Positions 1 to 8,873 of a DNA stretch of 35,139 nucleotides are shown here, piece by piece. The DNA is from Armatimonadota bacterium. GTDB taxonomy: Bacteria > Sysuimicrobiota > Sysuimicrobiia > Sysuimicrobiales > Humicultoraceae. The translations under genes were made by a program, and so were the position numbers. Position 1 is the stretch's first letter, and each line of letters begins with the position of its first letter. Location of the stretch: assembly GCA_037446215.1 (NCBI GenBank), contig JBBIJB010000012.1:1-35139 (forward strand). The letters run 5' to 3'. The notes below the pieces were generated by a model. It did not search any database and had not been told where the DNA came from. It saw only the letters and a program-made list of their open reading frames with translations.

Positions 1-582
1 CCCTACGGCGGCGGTCCGGGGATGGTGATGAAGCCGGAGCCCTTCTTCGCCGCCGTGGAGTCGCTTGCTCTGCCCGGGGCCGCTCCCCCGCGGGTCGTGC
101 TGACCTCGCCCCAGGGCCGCAGGTTCGACCAGCGCCTGGCAGAGGATCTGGCGCGCGAGCCGCACCTGGTGGTCCTCTGCGGCAGGTACGAGGGGGTGGA
201 TGAGCGGGTCGCCGCGGGACTGGGGGCCGACGAGGTCTCGATCGGCGACTACGTCCTCTCCGGCGGTGAGCTGGCGGCCATGGTGATAGTCGAGGCGACC
301 ACCCGGCTCGTGCCCGGCGTGGTGGGCGACGAGCAGTCAGTGAAGGCCGACTCGTTCTCCGAGGGGCTGCTCGACTACCCGCACTTCACGCGGCCGGTGG
401 AGTTCCGGGGTATGCGGGTGCCGGAGGTGCTGCTCAGCGGGCATCACGAGAGGATACGCCGATGGCGCAGGAGGGAGCAGCTTCGACGGACGCTGGCGCG
501 GCGCCCGGATCTGCTCACGCCCGAGCTATTGGCCGGCCCCGACAGATCACTGCTCGATGAGCGGGACCCCGAGGGGATCTGA
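1..582 (+). CDS. trmD: tRNA (guanine37-N1)-methyltransferase, 5'-truncated by the window edge
   Basis: Frame 1 is open from base 1 ([11 protein letters not shown]). Motifs [31 protein letters not shown] and [10 protein letters not shown]; upstream of rplS. Confidence 0.97.
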   Translation, partial: PYGGGPGMVMKPEPFFAAVESLALPGAAPPRVVLTSPQGRRFDQRLAEDLAREPHLVVLCGRYEGVDERVAAGLGADEVSIGDYVLSGGELAAMVIVEATTRLVPGVVGDEQSVKADSFSEGLLDYPHFTRPVEFRGMRVPEVLLSGHHERIRRWRRREQLRRTLARRPDLLTPELLAGPDRSLLDERDPEGI

Positions 583-626
583 CGTCCTTAGGCCCGCTAC
601 CCATGTGGCGGCTGCCGGCACTGCTG

Positions 627-635
627 TGGTAAAAT
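627..635 (+). promoter_or_regulatory. Putative extended -10 promoter (TGgTAAAAT) for rplS
   Basis: TG-n-TAAAAT in an AT-rich patch of the trmD-rplS gap; Shine-Dalgarno AAGGAGG at 678-684. Confidence 0.6.
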
Positions 636-693
636 CATCAACCGTGACGTCGGTGCCCGTCGGGGTGCCGCCCGGTCAAGGAGGCTGGACTAG

Positions 694-1035
694 ATGGATG
701 CGTTGAAGGCCGTGGAAGCGGCCAATCTCAAGAAGAAGGCACCCTCCTTCTCTGTGGGCGACACCGTCCGTGTGCAGATAAGGGTGACCGAGGGCGGCCG
801 CGAGAGGCTCCAGGCGTTCGAGGGAGCCGTCATCGGCCGACGGGGCTCGGGCGTGAGCGAGTCGTTCACCGTACGGCGCATCAGCCACGGCATCGGCGTG
901 GAGCGGATCTTCCCTCTCCACTCGCCTCGCGTCGAGAAGATCGATGTTGTGCGCCGCGGACGGGTCCGCCGGGCGAAGCTCCGCTACCTGCGCGGAAAGG
1001 TCGGCAAGGAGACCCGCATCAGAGAGAAGCGGTAG
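694..1035 (+). CDS. rplS: 50S ribosomal protein L19
   Basis: [55 protein letters not shown]. Confidence 0.98.
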   Translation: MDALKAVEAANLKKKAPSFSVGDTVRVQIRVTEGGRERLQAFEGAVIGRRGSGVSESFTVRRISHGIGVERIFPLHSPRVEKIDVVRRGRVRRAKLRYLRGKVGKETRIREKR

Positions 1036-1050
1036 GCGGCGTCAGTCGAG

Positions 1051-1704
1051 ATGGTGCGCGAGTTGCTGGCGGTGGCTGAGAGGCTGCCGCTCGGCATTCC
1101 CACGATCATACTCTCCCTTGCGGTCGTGCTGTTCATCCTGAGGCAGATCGTGCGGAGGATCTATCGGCTTCCCCCGTCGATCAGGCTGGCGGCGGTCGAG
1201 ACCCTGGACGCGACTATCTTCGCCGCTCTCATCAGCCTGGTCATCATAGTCTTCGTCGTCCAGGCCTTCTTCATCCCCTCGGGCTCTATGGAGCCCACCC
1301 TGCGGGTGGGCGACCGCATCCTGGTCGGGAAGTTCGTCTACCGCATCTGGCCCATACGCCGCGGGGACACGATAGTGTTCCGGTATCCCCTCAATCCCAA
1401 CAAGGACTTCGTGAAGAGGGTCGTGGGGCTGCCGGGCGAGCGGATAGAGATGAAGGACGGCCTGGTGCTCCTGGACGGCAGGCCCCTGGGCGAGGTCTAT
1501 CCCACTGCGCTTCCGGGCGGAGACCGTGCGTGCTCGAGCAACTACGGCCCTGAGGTGGTCCCCCCTGAGAAGCTCTTCGTTCTGGGGGATAACCGCTGCA
1601 ACAGCGAGGACAGCCGCTTCTTCGGGTTCGTTCCCATGGACAACGTCATAGGCCGCGCCCTCGCGGTCTACTGGCCGCTCGAACGCATCGGGCTGGTCCG
1701 GTGA
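1051..1704 (+). CDS. lepB: Signal peptidase I
   Basis: N-terminal TM helices, catalytic Ser box IPSGSMEPTL, Lys box DFVKRVVGLPGE, GDNR.NSEDSRFFG. Confidence 0.95.
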   Translation: MVRELLAVAERLPLGIPTIILSLAVVLFILRQIVRRIYRLPPSIRLAAVETLDATIFAALISLVIIVFVVQAFFIPSGSMEPTLRVGDRILVGKFVYRIWPIRRGDTIVFRYPLNPNKDFVKRVVGLPGERIEMKDGLVLLDGRPLGEVYPTALPGGDRACSSNYGPEVVPPEKLFVLGDNRCNSEDSRFFGFVPMDNVIGRALAVYWPLERIGLVR

Positions 1705-2519
1705 CCTCGGGCAGGCCAGATCCTGCCGGCGCGCCCCCCAAAGAGAAGAGCGAGAACCGACGCACGCTCTGCGATCTGAGGCGCCTGCTCCTGGAGGGGG
1801 CGATCCCTGCCTCGCGGTTGGCGGCGGACCCACGGGTCGGTGCCCGGCGGCTGGCGGCCGTGTGGGAGCGCCGAGCCATCCGGTCCGGGGCAGAGGAGGA
1901 GCGGCTGGCCGCGATGTTCGAGCTGGAGCGCGCGGCGTGGCGGGCGGGTACCGCGGTGGTGGCCGGGATAGACGAGGCGGGCCGCGGGCCGCTGGCCGGC
2001 CCGGTGGTGGCGGCGGCCGTCGCCTTTCCGCGGGAGTGCAGGATCGCGGGCCTCCGGGACTCCAAACAGCTCAGACCCGACGCCCGCGCCAGGCTGCTGG
2101 AGGCGATCATTGCCTCCGGCGCAGCGATTGGGGTGGGGCGCGCGGAGGTGCCCGAGATCGATCGCCTCAACATAGTCGGGGCGACGCGGCTGGCCTGGTT
2201 GAGAGCGTTCGAGGCGCTCGACCGGCCGCCCGCGCTCGTCCTCCTGGACGGGAATCTCCCGGGGAGGTTCCCGGCGCGGCAGGTCACGGTGGTGGGCGGG
2301 GACGCCACATGCGCCTCGATCGCCGCGGCTTCGATAGTCGCTAAAGTCAACCGCGACGGTGTGATGGCGGAGCTCGACCTCCGCTACCCAGGGTACGGAT
2401 TCGCCTCCCACAAGGGTTACGCCACGTCCTCCCACTTCGCCGCCCTGCGCAGGTGGGGGCCCACCGCGGAGCACCGCAGCAGCTTCCTGCCCCAGGAGTT
2501 CCGGGCCGGCCTGTTCTGA
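1701..2519 (+). CDS. rnhB: Ribonuclease HII with N-terminal helical extension
   Basis: AGIDEAGRGPLAGPVVAAAV, DSKQL, SIAAASIVAKVNRD, HKGY; GTG start overlaps the lepB stop. Confidence 0.95.
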   Translation: MTSGRPDPAGAPPKEKSENRRTLCDLRRLLLEGAIPASRLAADPRVGARRLAAVWERRAIRSGAEEERLAAMFELERAAWRAGTAVVAGIDEAGRGPLAGPVVAAAVAFPRECRIAGLRDSKQLRPDARARLLEAIIASGAAIGVGRAEVPEIDRLNIVGATRLAWLRAFEALDRPPALVLLDGNLPGRFPARQVTVVGGDATCASIAAASIVAKVNRDGVMAELDLRYPGYGFASHKGYATSSHFAALRRWGPTAEHRSSFLPQEFRAGLF

Positions 2520-2579
2520 GGATCCACTACGCCGGCACCCCCCTATCCGGTGGGGGCACCGGCCGATCATATCCATGGC

Positions 2580-2984
2580 ATGAACCAGACGGCCCCACGA
2601 CCCAGGAACTCATCCAGCGCGATAGGCGCAGGCGGAGAAACGGCGGCCGCCGCCTGGCTCGAGTCCCGCGGCTACACCATCCTAGCGCGCAACCTCCGCG
2701 CTCGCTCAGGCGAGGTAGACCTTGTGGCGCGAACCGGCGACGTCCTGGTCTTCGTGGAGGTGAAGAGCCGGACGGGCGGAGGGTACGGCCTTCCAACGGA
2801 GGCCATCGTCACCTCCAAGCAGCGGAGGCTCGTGCGGGCGGCGCAGGCGTTCCTGGCCTGGGGCGGGTTTGAGAACTGCTCGGTGCGCTTCGACGTTGTC
2901 GGCGTCCACCTCGGCCCTGGAGGACGGGTCTGCTCGATCGAGCACGTCCCCGACGCCTTCTGTGCCGAGAGGCCCATGCCCTAG
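2580..2984 (+). CDS. yraN: YraN/UPF0102 family putative endonuclease
   Basis: GE..AA.WLESRGY.ILARN.R...GEVDLVA...LVFVEVKSR, RFDVV. Start uncertain (GTG 2550 or ATG 2580). Confidence 0.92.
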   Translation: MNQTAPRPRNSSSAIGAGGETAAAAWLESRGYTILARNLRARSGEVDLVARTGDVLVFVEVKSRTGGGYGLPTEAIVTSKQRRLVRAAQAFLAWGGFENCSVRFDVVGVHLGPGGRVCSIEHVPDAFCAERPMP

Positions 2985-3002
2985 GCGATATGTGAGCCGT
3001 CC

Positions 3003-4436
3003 TCAGGCGTCGATGCCCCTGCCCGCCAGCTCTCCAACCAGCCTCTCCGCCGCCTCGGTTCCCTGTCGGATGCAGTCTGGGATCCCAACGCCGCGATAGC
3101 TGGATCCTGCCAACGCCAGGCCGCCGAGGGAAGCGATTTCGGCCTCTATGGCTGAGATCCTCTCGAGGTGCCCGGGACGGTACTGCGGCATCGACCCCCT
3201 CCAGCGGGTTATCCTGGTGAAGATGGGCTCCGCACCGATTCCAATGGTCGATCGCAGGTCCGCGCGCACCAATCCCTCGATGCGAGCATCCTCCTCCTCG
3301 ACGACCTCCTCACGCCCCGAGGCCCCGAGGTAGCAGCGTACCAGGACGACGTCCGGTGGTGCGCGGTGCGGCCACTTCGACGACACCCACGTGCACGCGG
3401 TTATGCTGAGCGGCTCCCCCTTCGCCACTATGAAGCCGTGGCCCGCGAGGGGGTGGTCGACCTCGGCCCTTCTGTACGCCATGGTGACGACCACCGTCGA
3501 GACGCTCGGTATCCGGGACAGCCCTTCGGCGGCCGTCCGAGATAGGGGTGCGACGAGCCCGGCGGTTACGCTCGCCGGTGTGGCGAGCAGCAACGCGTCG
3601 GCGTGGAGGGCCTGCCCGTCCTCCAGGGTAACTACGTACCCTGGTCTGCCGCCGCGCTGCTCCGTCCGGGACACGCCCACGGCCCGGCTGCCCGAGATCA
3701 CGGTGGTCCCGCCGAGGGAGGCGGCCAGCCGGCCCACCATCTCGCCCACCCCGCCTGTCAGGCTGAGGAACATCGGGGCATGTCGCTTGCCCCGGCCGGC
3801 CACCTGTCTGCGGCGAGAGATCGCCGCAAGCACCAGGCTTCGGTGGGTCGCCTCCCACTCCCGCAGCTGCGGGAAGGTCGCGCGAACGCTCAGTTCATCC
3901 ACGTTACCGGCGTGTATCCCGGCCAGCAGCGGGCCCGCGAGCCGTGTCACCGCGGCCTCGCCGAGCCGGCGGCGTATGAACGCTCCGATGCTCTCGTCCG
4001 AGTCGTCTTTACGCCGGGGAAGCACGAGATCCAGCCCCACGCGCAGCTTCTCCATCGGCGAGAGCAGGCCGCTGCGCCACAGCGGAAGGAACCGGCTTGG
4101 AATCCCCAGGGCAAGCCCCTCTGGCAGAGGGTAGAGCCTGCCCCTTGCGGCGACATAGACCGCCCTGCCCGGAACCGTGCCGATCAAGTGGTCGCCCAGC
4201 CCGATCTTCCTGCAGAGCTCCGCGGCCCACGGCTTCGTGGAGAGGAACGAGTCCGGCCCTGCCTCGACCAGGCAGCCACCGACGCGCTCGGTCAGCAGCT
4301 TGCCTCCCAGCCGGCCCTCCTGCTCGATCAGAGTGCACCTCGCGCCCATTTCCTTGGCGAGGGGATCGGTGGCGACGGCGTAAGCGGCGGCCATCCCCGT
4401 AATCCCTCCGCCTACGATCACAATGTGACTGCCCAC
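3003..4436 (-). CDS. hemY: Protoporphyrinogen/coproporphyrinogen III oxidase (HemY/CgoX type)
   Basis: FAD motif IVGGGITGMAAAY, EAGPDSF, GIHAG, SSKWPHRAP, MPQY.PGH, GVGIPDCIRQG. GTG at 4436 follows the hemH stop by 4 nt. Confidence 0.93.
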   Translation of the reverse strand: MGSHIVIVGGGITGMAAAYAVATDPLAKEMGARCTLIEQEGRLGGKLLTERVGGCLVEAGPDSFLSTKPWAAELCRKIGLGDHLIGTVPGRAVYVAARGRLYPLPEGLALGIPSRFLPLWRSGLLSPMEKLRVGLDLVLPRRKDDSDESIGAFIRRRLGEAAVTRLAGPLLAGIHAGNVDELSVRATFPQLREWEATHRSLVLAAISRRRQVAGRGKRHAPMFLSLTGGVGEMVGRLAASLGGTTVISGSRAVGVSRTEQRGGRPGYVVTLEDGQALHADALLLATPASVTAGLVAPLSRTAAEGLSRIPSVSTVVVTMAYRRAEVDHPLAGHGFIVAKGEPLSITACTWVSSKWPHRAPPDVVLVRCYLGASGREEVVEEEDARIEGLVRADLRSTIGIGAEPIFTRITRWRGSMPQYRPGHLERISAIEAEIASLGGLALAGSSYRGVGIPDCIRQGTEAAERLVGELAGRGIDA

Positions 4437-4440
4437 GCCA

Positions 4441-5454
4441 TCACCCTTCCCGCGTCCGACCCGCCTGGCCCTGGCCTCCCAGGCGGCTTGAGTCGGTTGC
4501 AAGCTCCGCGAGGGCCGCGATCAGGCCCTCGTGATCGTTGAGGGAGTCCGTTCTCTCGTAGCGCACTCCCAGCGAGTCGCAGAGCTCCTTGCACTCGATG
4601 TCAAGATCGTAGAGAACCTCGAGGTGATCAGATACGAAGCCCACAGGGCAGATGACCGCCGACGCGGCCCCGCGCGCTCCGAGATCGCGCAGCACCTCCC
4701 GGACGTCCGGCCCGAGCCACGGCTCACCAGTGCGCCCACCGCTCTGGTAGGCAAGGACCCAGCGGCGAACCCCGGCCGCATCGGCGACCGCCCGGCATGT
4801 CGCCGCCACCTCCTCGGGGTAGGGATCCTGCCAGGCCGCTATCCGCTCGGGCAGGCTGTGGGCGGTGAAGACGACAGCCGCCGACCGCTCCCCCTCGCCC
4901 CCCAGGCAGAGGGCCCCTCGCAGTCTCTCTGCCAGGGCTCCGATCAGGAGAGGATGGCTTCCCCACCTCTCCACGCAGGCCATCTCCAGCGACCCCGCAG
5001 GGCGACCGCCTCCTCCGGCCCTGTCTGAGGAGCCGCCCTCGCGGATCTCGTGGGCCGCGGCTTCCACCGCCGCGATGTAGGCCCCGACGCCCATCCGTGA
5101 GTAGTGGGGTGCCAGCACCAGCCCGACGCCTCTCTCGAGGCCGTCCGCTGCCATCGTCCGCACCGCCTCCGCGATCGAGGGGCGGGAGTGCCTGGTGCCG
5201 ATGTAGACCCTGAAGCCGCCGGGATCCGACGCGTCGAGCCGTTCCTGCAGCGCCGTGCCCTGCCTCCGAGTGATCTCCATCAGGGGTGAGATGCCGCCGA
5301 TGGCGGCATATCGCCGAGCGGCCTCTCGCACCGCCTCTTCACCCGGAGGTCGCCCTCCCCTCACGCTCGTCAGGTAGTCGGTGAGGGCAGATGGGCCGGC
5401 AGGGCTTCCGTGGGCCATCAGCAGGACGCCCACCGGAGGCCGGGTGCCTCTCAT
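4441..5454 (-). CDS. hemH: Ferrochelatase (probably coproporphyrin ferrochelatase CpfC)
   Basis: LLMAHGSP, LAPHYS, VFTAHSLP, AYQSGGRTGEPWLGPDV, GFVSDHLEVLYDLD; ATGA overlap with hemE. Confidence 0.94.
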   Translation of the reverse strand: MRGTRPPVGVLLMAHGSPAGPSALTDYLTSVRGGRPPGEEAVREAARRYAAIGGISPLMEITRRQGTALQERLDASDPGGFRVYIGTRHSRPSIAEAVRTMAADGLERGVGLVLAPHYSRMGVGAYIAAVEAAAHEIREGGSSDRAGGGGRPAGSLEMACVERWGSHPLLIGALAERLRGALCLGGEGERSAAVVFTAHSLPERIAAWQDPYPEEVAATCRAVADAAGVRRWVLAYQSGGRTGEPWLGPDVREVLRDLGARGAASAVICPVGFVSDHLEVLYDLDIECKELCDSLGVRYERTDSLNDHEGLIAALAELATDSSRLGGQGQAGRTREG

Positions 5455-6479
5455 CGACCCTCGGGGCGGGGGAAGGTGTGGACTAGGTCAACCAGCCTCC
5501 GCAGGCTGTCCGGGGGCGTCTTCGGCAGCACCCCGTGGCCCAGGTTGAATATGTGGCCGTGTCGGCCTCGCGCTTCCTCCATGATCTCCGATGCCGCCTC
5601 GGCTACCTCGTCGAACCGAGAGAGGAGGAGGATCGGATCCAGGTTCCCCTGTATGGCCATCTCGCCTATCTGCGACCAGGCCCACGACAGCCTTACGCGC
5701 CAGTCGACACCCATCACCGTGCCGCCGGCGGAGGCCATCAGCCCCAACAGCCCTCCGGTGCCGGTGCCGAAGTGTATCGAGGGAACCCCAAGGGCATCGG
5801 TGGCCTCGAACAGCCTGCGCATGTGCGGGAGCACCGCCCTGGCGTAGTCGCGGGGAGAGAGCGCGCCCACCCAGCTGTCAAACACCTGAACGGCCTGCGC
5901 GCCCGCAGCCACCTGGGCCCGCAGGTAGGCGATCGTGGTGTCCGTCAGATGCTCCATCAGCCTGGTCCAGAGCCGTGGCGTCTCGTATAGCATCCGCTTC
6001 GTGAGCACGAGGTCGCGCGATCCCCTGCCCTCGATCATGTAGCTCGCAACCGTGAAGGGAGCCCCTGCGAACCCGATCAGGGGAACCTTGAGCTCGCGCC
6101 GGAGGAGGCGTATCGCCTCGAGCACGTATGGGACCTCCTGCTCCGGCTCGAACCGCCTGAGGGCCGCTATCTGTGTCTGGGTTCGGACAGGCGTCTCGAT
6201 GACCGGACCGGTGCCCTCGACTATCTCGAACGGCACCCCGATGCCGGACAGCGGAAGCGTTATATCCGCGAACAGGATGGCCGCGTCGACTCCCAACTGC
6301 TCCACAGGTAGCATCGTGGTGCGGACGCACAGCTCGGGGTTCCTGCAGATCTCGAGCATCGAGTAGCGCTCACGGAGCGACCTGTACTCAGGCTGGTACC
6401 TGCCGGCCTGGCGCATGAACCACACCGGGGTGCGATCCACGGGCTCCCTCCGGCAAACGCGCAGGAAGCGGTCGTTCAT
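5451..6479 (-). CDS. hemE: Uroporphyrinogen decarboxylase
   Basis: PVWFMRQAGRY, DAAILFADI, IGFAGAPFT.ASY, QGNLDP, IFNLGHGVLP. ATG 6479 overlaps the radical SAM stop (ATGA). Confidence 0.96.
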   Translation of the reverse strand: MNDRFLRVCRREPVDRTPVWFMRQAGRYQPEYRSLRERYSMLEICRNPELCVRTTMLPVEQLGVDAAILFADITLPLSGIGVPFEIVEGTGPVIETPVRTQTQIAALRRFEPEQEVPYVLEAIRLLRRELKVPLIGFAGAPFTVASYMIEGRGSRDLVLTKRMLYETPRLWTRLMEHLTDTTIAYLRAQVAAGAQAVQVFDSWVGALSPRDYARAVLPHMRRLFEATDALGVPSIHFGTGTGGLLGLMASAGGTVMGVDWRVRLSWAWSQIGEMAIQGNLDPILLLSRFDEVAEAASEIMEEARGRHGHIFNLGHGVLPKTPPDSLRRLVDLVHTFPRPEGR

Positions 6480-7585
6480 GCCGGGTCGTAGCCGCACAGC
6501 GGATCCGAGTCAAGGGGGTCGCCCGTGTGGGCGAAGGCCCGTGCCCGCGAACCGCCGCAGATCGCGGCGAACTCGCACCTGCCGCACCTGCCCTTCAGGA
6601 GTGAGGTGTCGCGGAGCGATCTGAACAGGTGGCCCTCCCTGTAGATCTCCGACAGGCTGGAACTCGGCACGTTGCCGACGGCCAGCGGCAGGAACCCGGA
6701 GGGCGTAACCTCGCCGGTGCGAGAGATGAAGAGGATGCCGTTACCGTCGCGGATGCCGAAGCCGCGGGCTATGGCGGCCGCACTGGAGCCCGCCGCGTGA
6801 CCCGCGGAGCCCATCCGCTCCAGCGCCAGCCTTCGGAAGTGCGGAGCCTCCGTCGTCTTGACCGCGAAGGGGGCCCCCGGGATGATGTCCAACAGCCACT
6901 CCATGAAGCGGTCGGCATCCGCGGGGGCTAGCTCACGCAGCGCCGTGCCTCTCCCCACGGAGACCAGGAAGAACAGGCTCCAACGCTCTATCGGGAGCGC
7001 GCACAGCGCTTCGTAGAGCGCGGGCGCCTCCCTCGAGGTCTCGTCTGTCACCAGGGTGTTTACCTGTAGGCCGATGCCCGCTTCGAGGGCCCAGCGGGCA
7101 GCCTTCATCGTCGTCTTGAAGCAGCCCGGGACACCGCGGAAGGCGTCGTGGCTCTCCGCCGTCGCACCGTCAAGGCTGAGCGACATGCTCACTACCCCGG
7201 CCGCCCGCAGGCGCTCAAGGGCGAGGGGTGTGAGCATCGTCGTGCCGCTCGGTGCGAGCGATACCCCGATCCCGAGGGCCGCGGCCTCATCGATCAGGCG
7301 GAAGAGGTCCGGGCGCTTCAGCGGATCTCCCCCGGTCATGACGACGTGGGGAAACGGTTCGCCGAAGCCGGTCACCTGCCTGAGTACCGCAATCCCCTCC
7401 TCGGTGGTCAGCTCGTCCGGATCCCTCTCCACTACCGCCTCGGCCCTGCAGTGTCGGCACGCCAGGTCGCAGGCGCGCGTAAGCTCCCAGTAGACCAGCA
7501 TCGGCGCACGTGAGTAGACGTAGCCGCTCTGGGCACTACGGACGGCCTCGTACGAAGGGAGGGCAGGGCCGGCACGCCTAGGCAT
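6476..7585 (-). CDS. Radical SAM/SPASM-like protein related to AhbD/NirJ (probably TIGR04053-like family)
   Basis: WELTRACDLACRHCRAEA (CX3CX2C), TGGDP, SLDGA...HD.FRG, TTEAPHFRR, C-terminal PSGFLP and CGRCEFAAICGGSRARA...DPLC; SD AGGAG. Confidence 0.85.
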   Translation of the reverse strand: MPRRAGPALPSYEAVRSAQSGYVYSRAPMLVYWELTRACDLACRHCRAEAVVERDPDELTTEEGIAVLRQVTGFGEPFPHVVMTGGDPLKRPDLFRLIDEAAALGIGVSLAPSGTTMLTPLALERLRAAGVVSMSLSLDGATAESHDAFRGVPGCFKTTMKAARWALEAGIGLQVNTLVTDETSREAPALYEALCALPIERWSLFFLVSVGRGTALRELAPADADRFMEWLLDIIPGAPFAVKTTEAPHFRRLALERMGSAGHAAGSSAAAIARGFGIRDGNGILFISRTGEVTPSGFLPLAVGNVPSSSLSEIYREGHLFRSLRDTSLLKGRCGRCEFAAICGGSRARAFAHTGDPLDSDPLCGYDPA

Positions 7586-8873
7586 CGCCCATGCTCCTGA
7601 ACGCCGCCCCGGCAGCCTCCACGGTCTGCTCTATGTCGGCGTCGGAGTGCGCCGCCGAGACGAACCATGCCTCGAACTGAGAGGGCGGCAGCAAGATCCC
7701 TTGTTCGAGCATGCCCCTGAAGAACGCCGCGAACCGCCTGGTGTCAGCCGTCTGGGCCGCCGCGTAGTCCACGGGGGGCTCGCCCGTGAAGAAGACCGTC
7801 AGCAGGGAGGCCTCTCGGACGACCGAGACCTGCCTGCCCGATGCCCGGGCCGCATCCTCCAGCCCCTCGGCCAGGCGGGCCGACCTCGCCTCGAGTGTGG
7901 CGTAGGGCTCCTCGTCTGTAAGGCCTCGGAGCACAGCCACCCCAGCCGCCATCGCCAGGGGATTCCCGGAGAGCGTCCCGGCCTGGTAGACCGGGCCGAG
8001 CGGCGCCACGACCTCCATGATCTCCCGCGTTCCGCCGTACGCTCCCACGGGCAAGCCGCCGCCGATGATCTTGCCAAGCATCGTCAGGTCAGGGGCAACT
8101 TTGAACCGCCCCTGCGCTCCCCCGACGCCCAACCTGAACCCTGTGATGACCTCGTCGAACACCAGCAGCGACCCTTCGGCGGCGGTGATCTCCCTGAGGC
8201 CCTCCAGGAATCCCGGTCGGGGCCGCACCACGCCCATGTTGGCAGCCACCGGCTCGACTACGACCGCGGCGATCTCCCGGGGGTTGGCGGCGAAGACCGC
8301 GCGGACGGCGTCCAGGTCGTTGTAGGGCGCTACGAGGGTATCGGCCACCGCGGCCTCGGGTACGCCCGCGCTGCTGGGCAGCCCGAAGGTTGCCACACCC
8401 GACCCGGCCTGGGCGAGCAGGGGATCGGCGTGGCCGTGATAGCACCCGGCGAACTTCACGACCTTCTCGCGGCCGGTGAAGCCGCGCGCGACCCTCAGCG
8501 CGCTCATGCCTGCCTCGGTCCCCGAGCTCACGAACCTGAGGCGGTCCATCGAGGGCACGGCTCTGCGCACCAGTCGGGCCAGCTCCAACTCGTACGGGGT
8601 GGGCATCCCGAAGCTCGTCCCGCGGGCAGCCGCTTCTGCAATCGAGGAGACGACGCCAACATGTGCGTGGCCCAGCAGCAGCGCTCCCCACGCGCCGATG
8701 TAGTCGAGGTAGTTGGCTCCATCGGCGTCCGTGATCCTGGATCCCGCTCCGCTGCTCACGACGATCGGGCGGCCACCGACCGCACGAAAGGCCCTGACCG
8801 GGCTGTTGACCCCTCCCGGGAAGAAGGTCTCGCTCTCCGCGAAGAGCTCCCTTGAACTAGGACTGCTCGCCAT
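7578..8873 (-). CDS. hemL: Glutamate-1-semialdehyde 2,1-aminomutase
   Basis: PGGVNSPVRAF, SGTEA.MSA.R.ARG, GCYHGH.D, FDEVITGFR, PLP Lys in LGKIIGGGLPVGAYGG, QAGTLSGNP. Confidence 0.97.
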   Translation of the reverse strand: MASSPSSRELFAESETFFPGGVNSPVRAFRAVGGRPIVVSSGAGSRITDADGANYLDYIGAWGALLLGHAHVGVVSSIAEAAARGTSFGMPTPYELELARLVRRAVPSMDRLRFVSSGTEAGMSALRVARGFTGREKVVKFAGCYHGHADPLLAQAGSGVATFGLPSSAGVPEAAVADTLVAPYNDLDAVRAVFAANPREIAAVVVEPVAANMGVVRPRPGFLEGLREITAAEGSLLVFDEVITGFRLGVGGAQGRFKVAPDLTMLGKIIGGGLPVGAYGGTREIMEVVAPLGPVYQAGTLSGNPLAMAAGVAVLRGLTDEEPYATLEARSARLAEGLEDAARASGRQVSVVREASLLTVFFTGEPPVDYAAAQTADTRRFAAFFRGMLEQGILLPPSQFEAWFVSAAHSDADIEQTVEAAGAAFRSMGDA

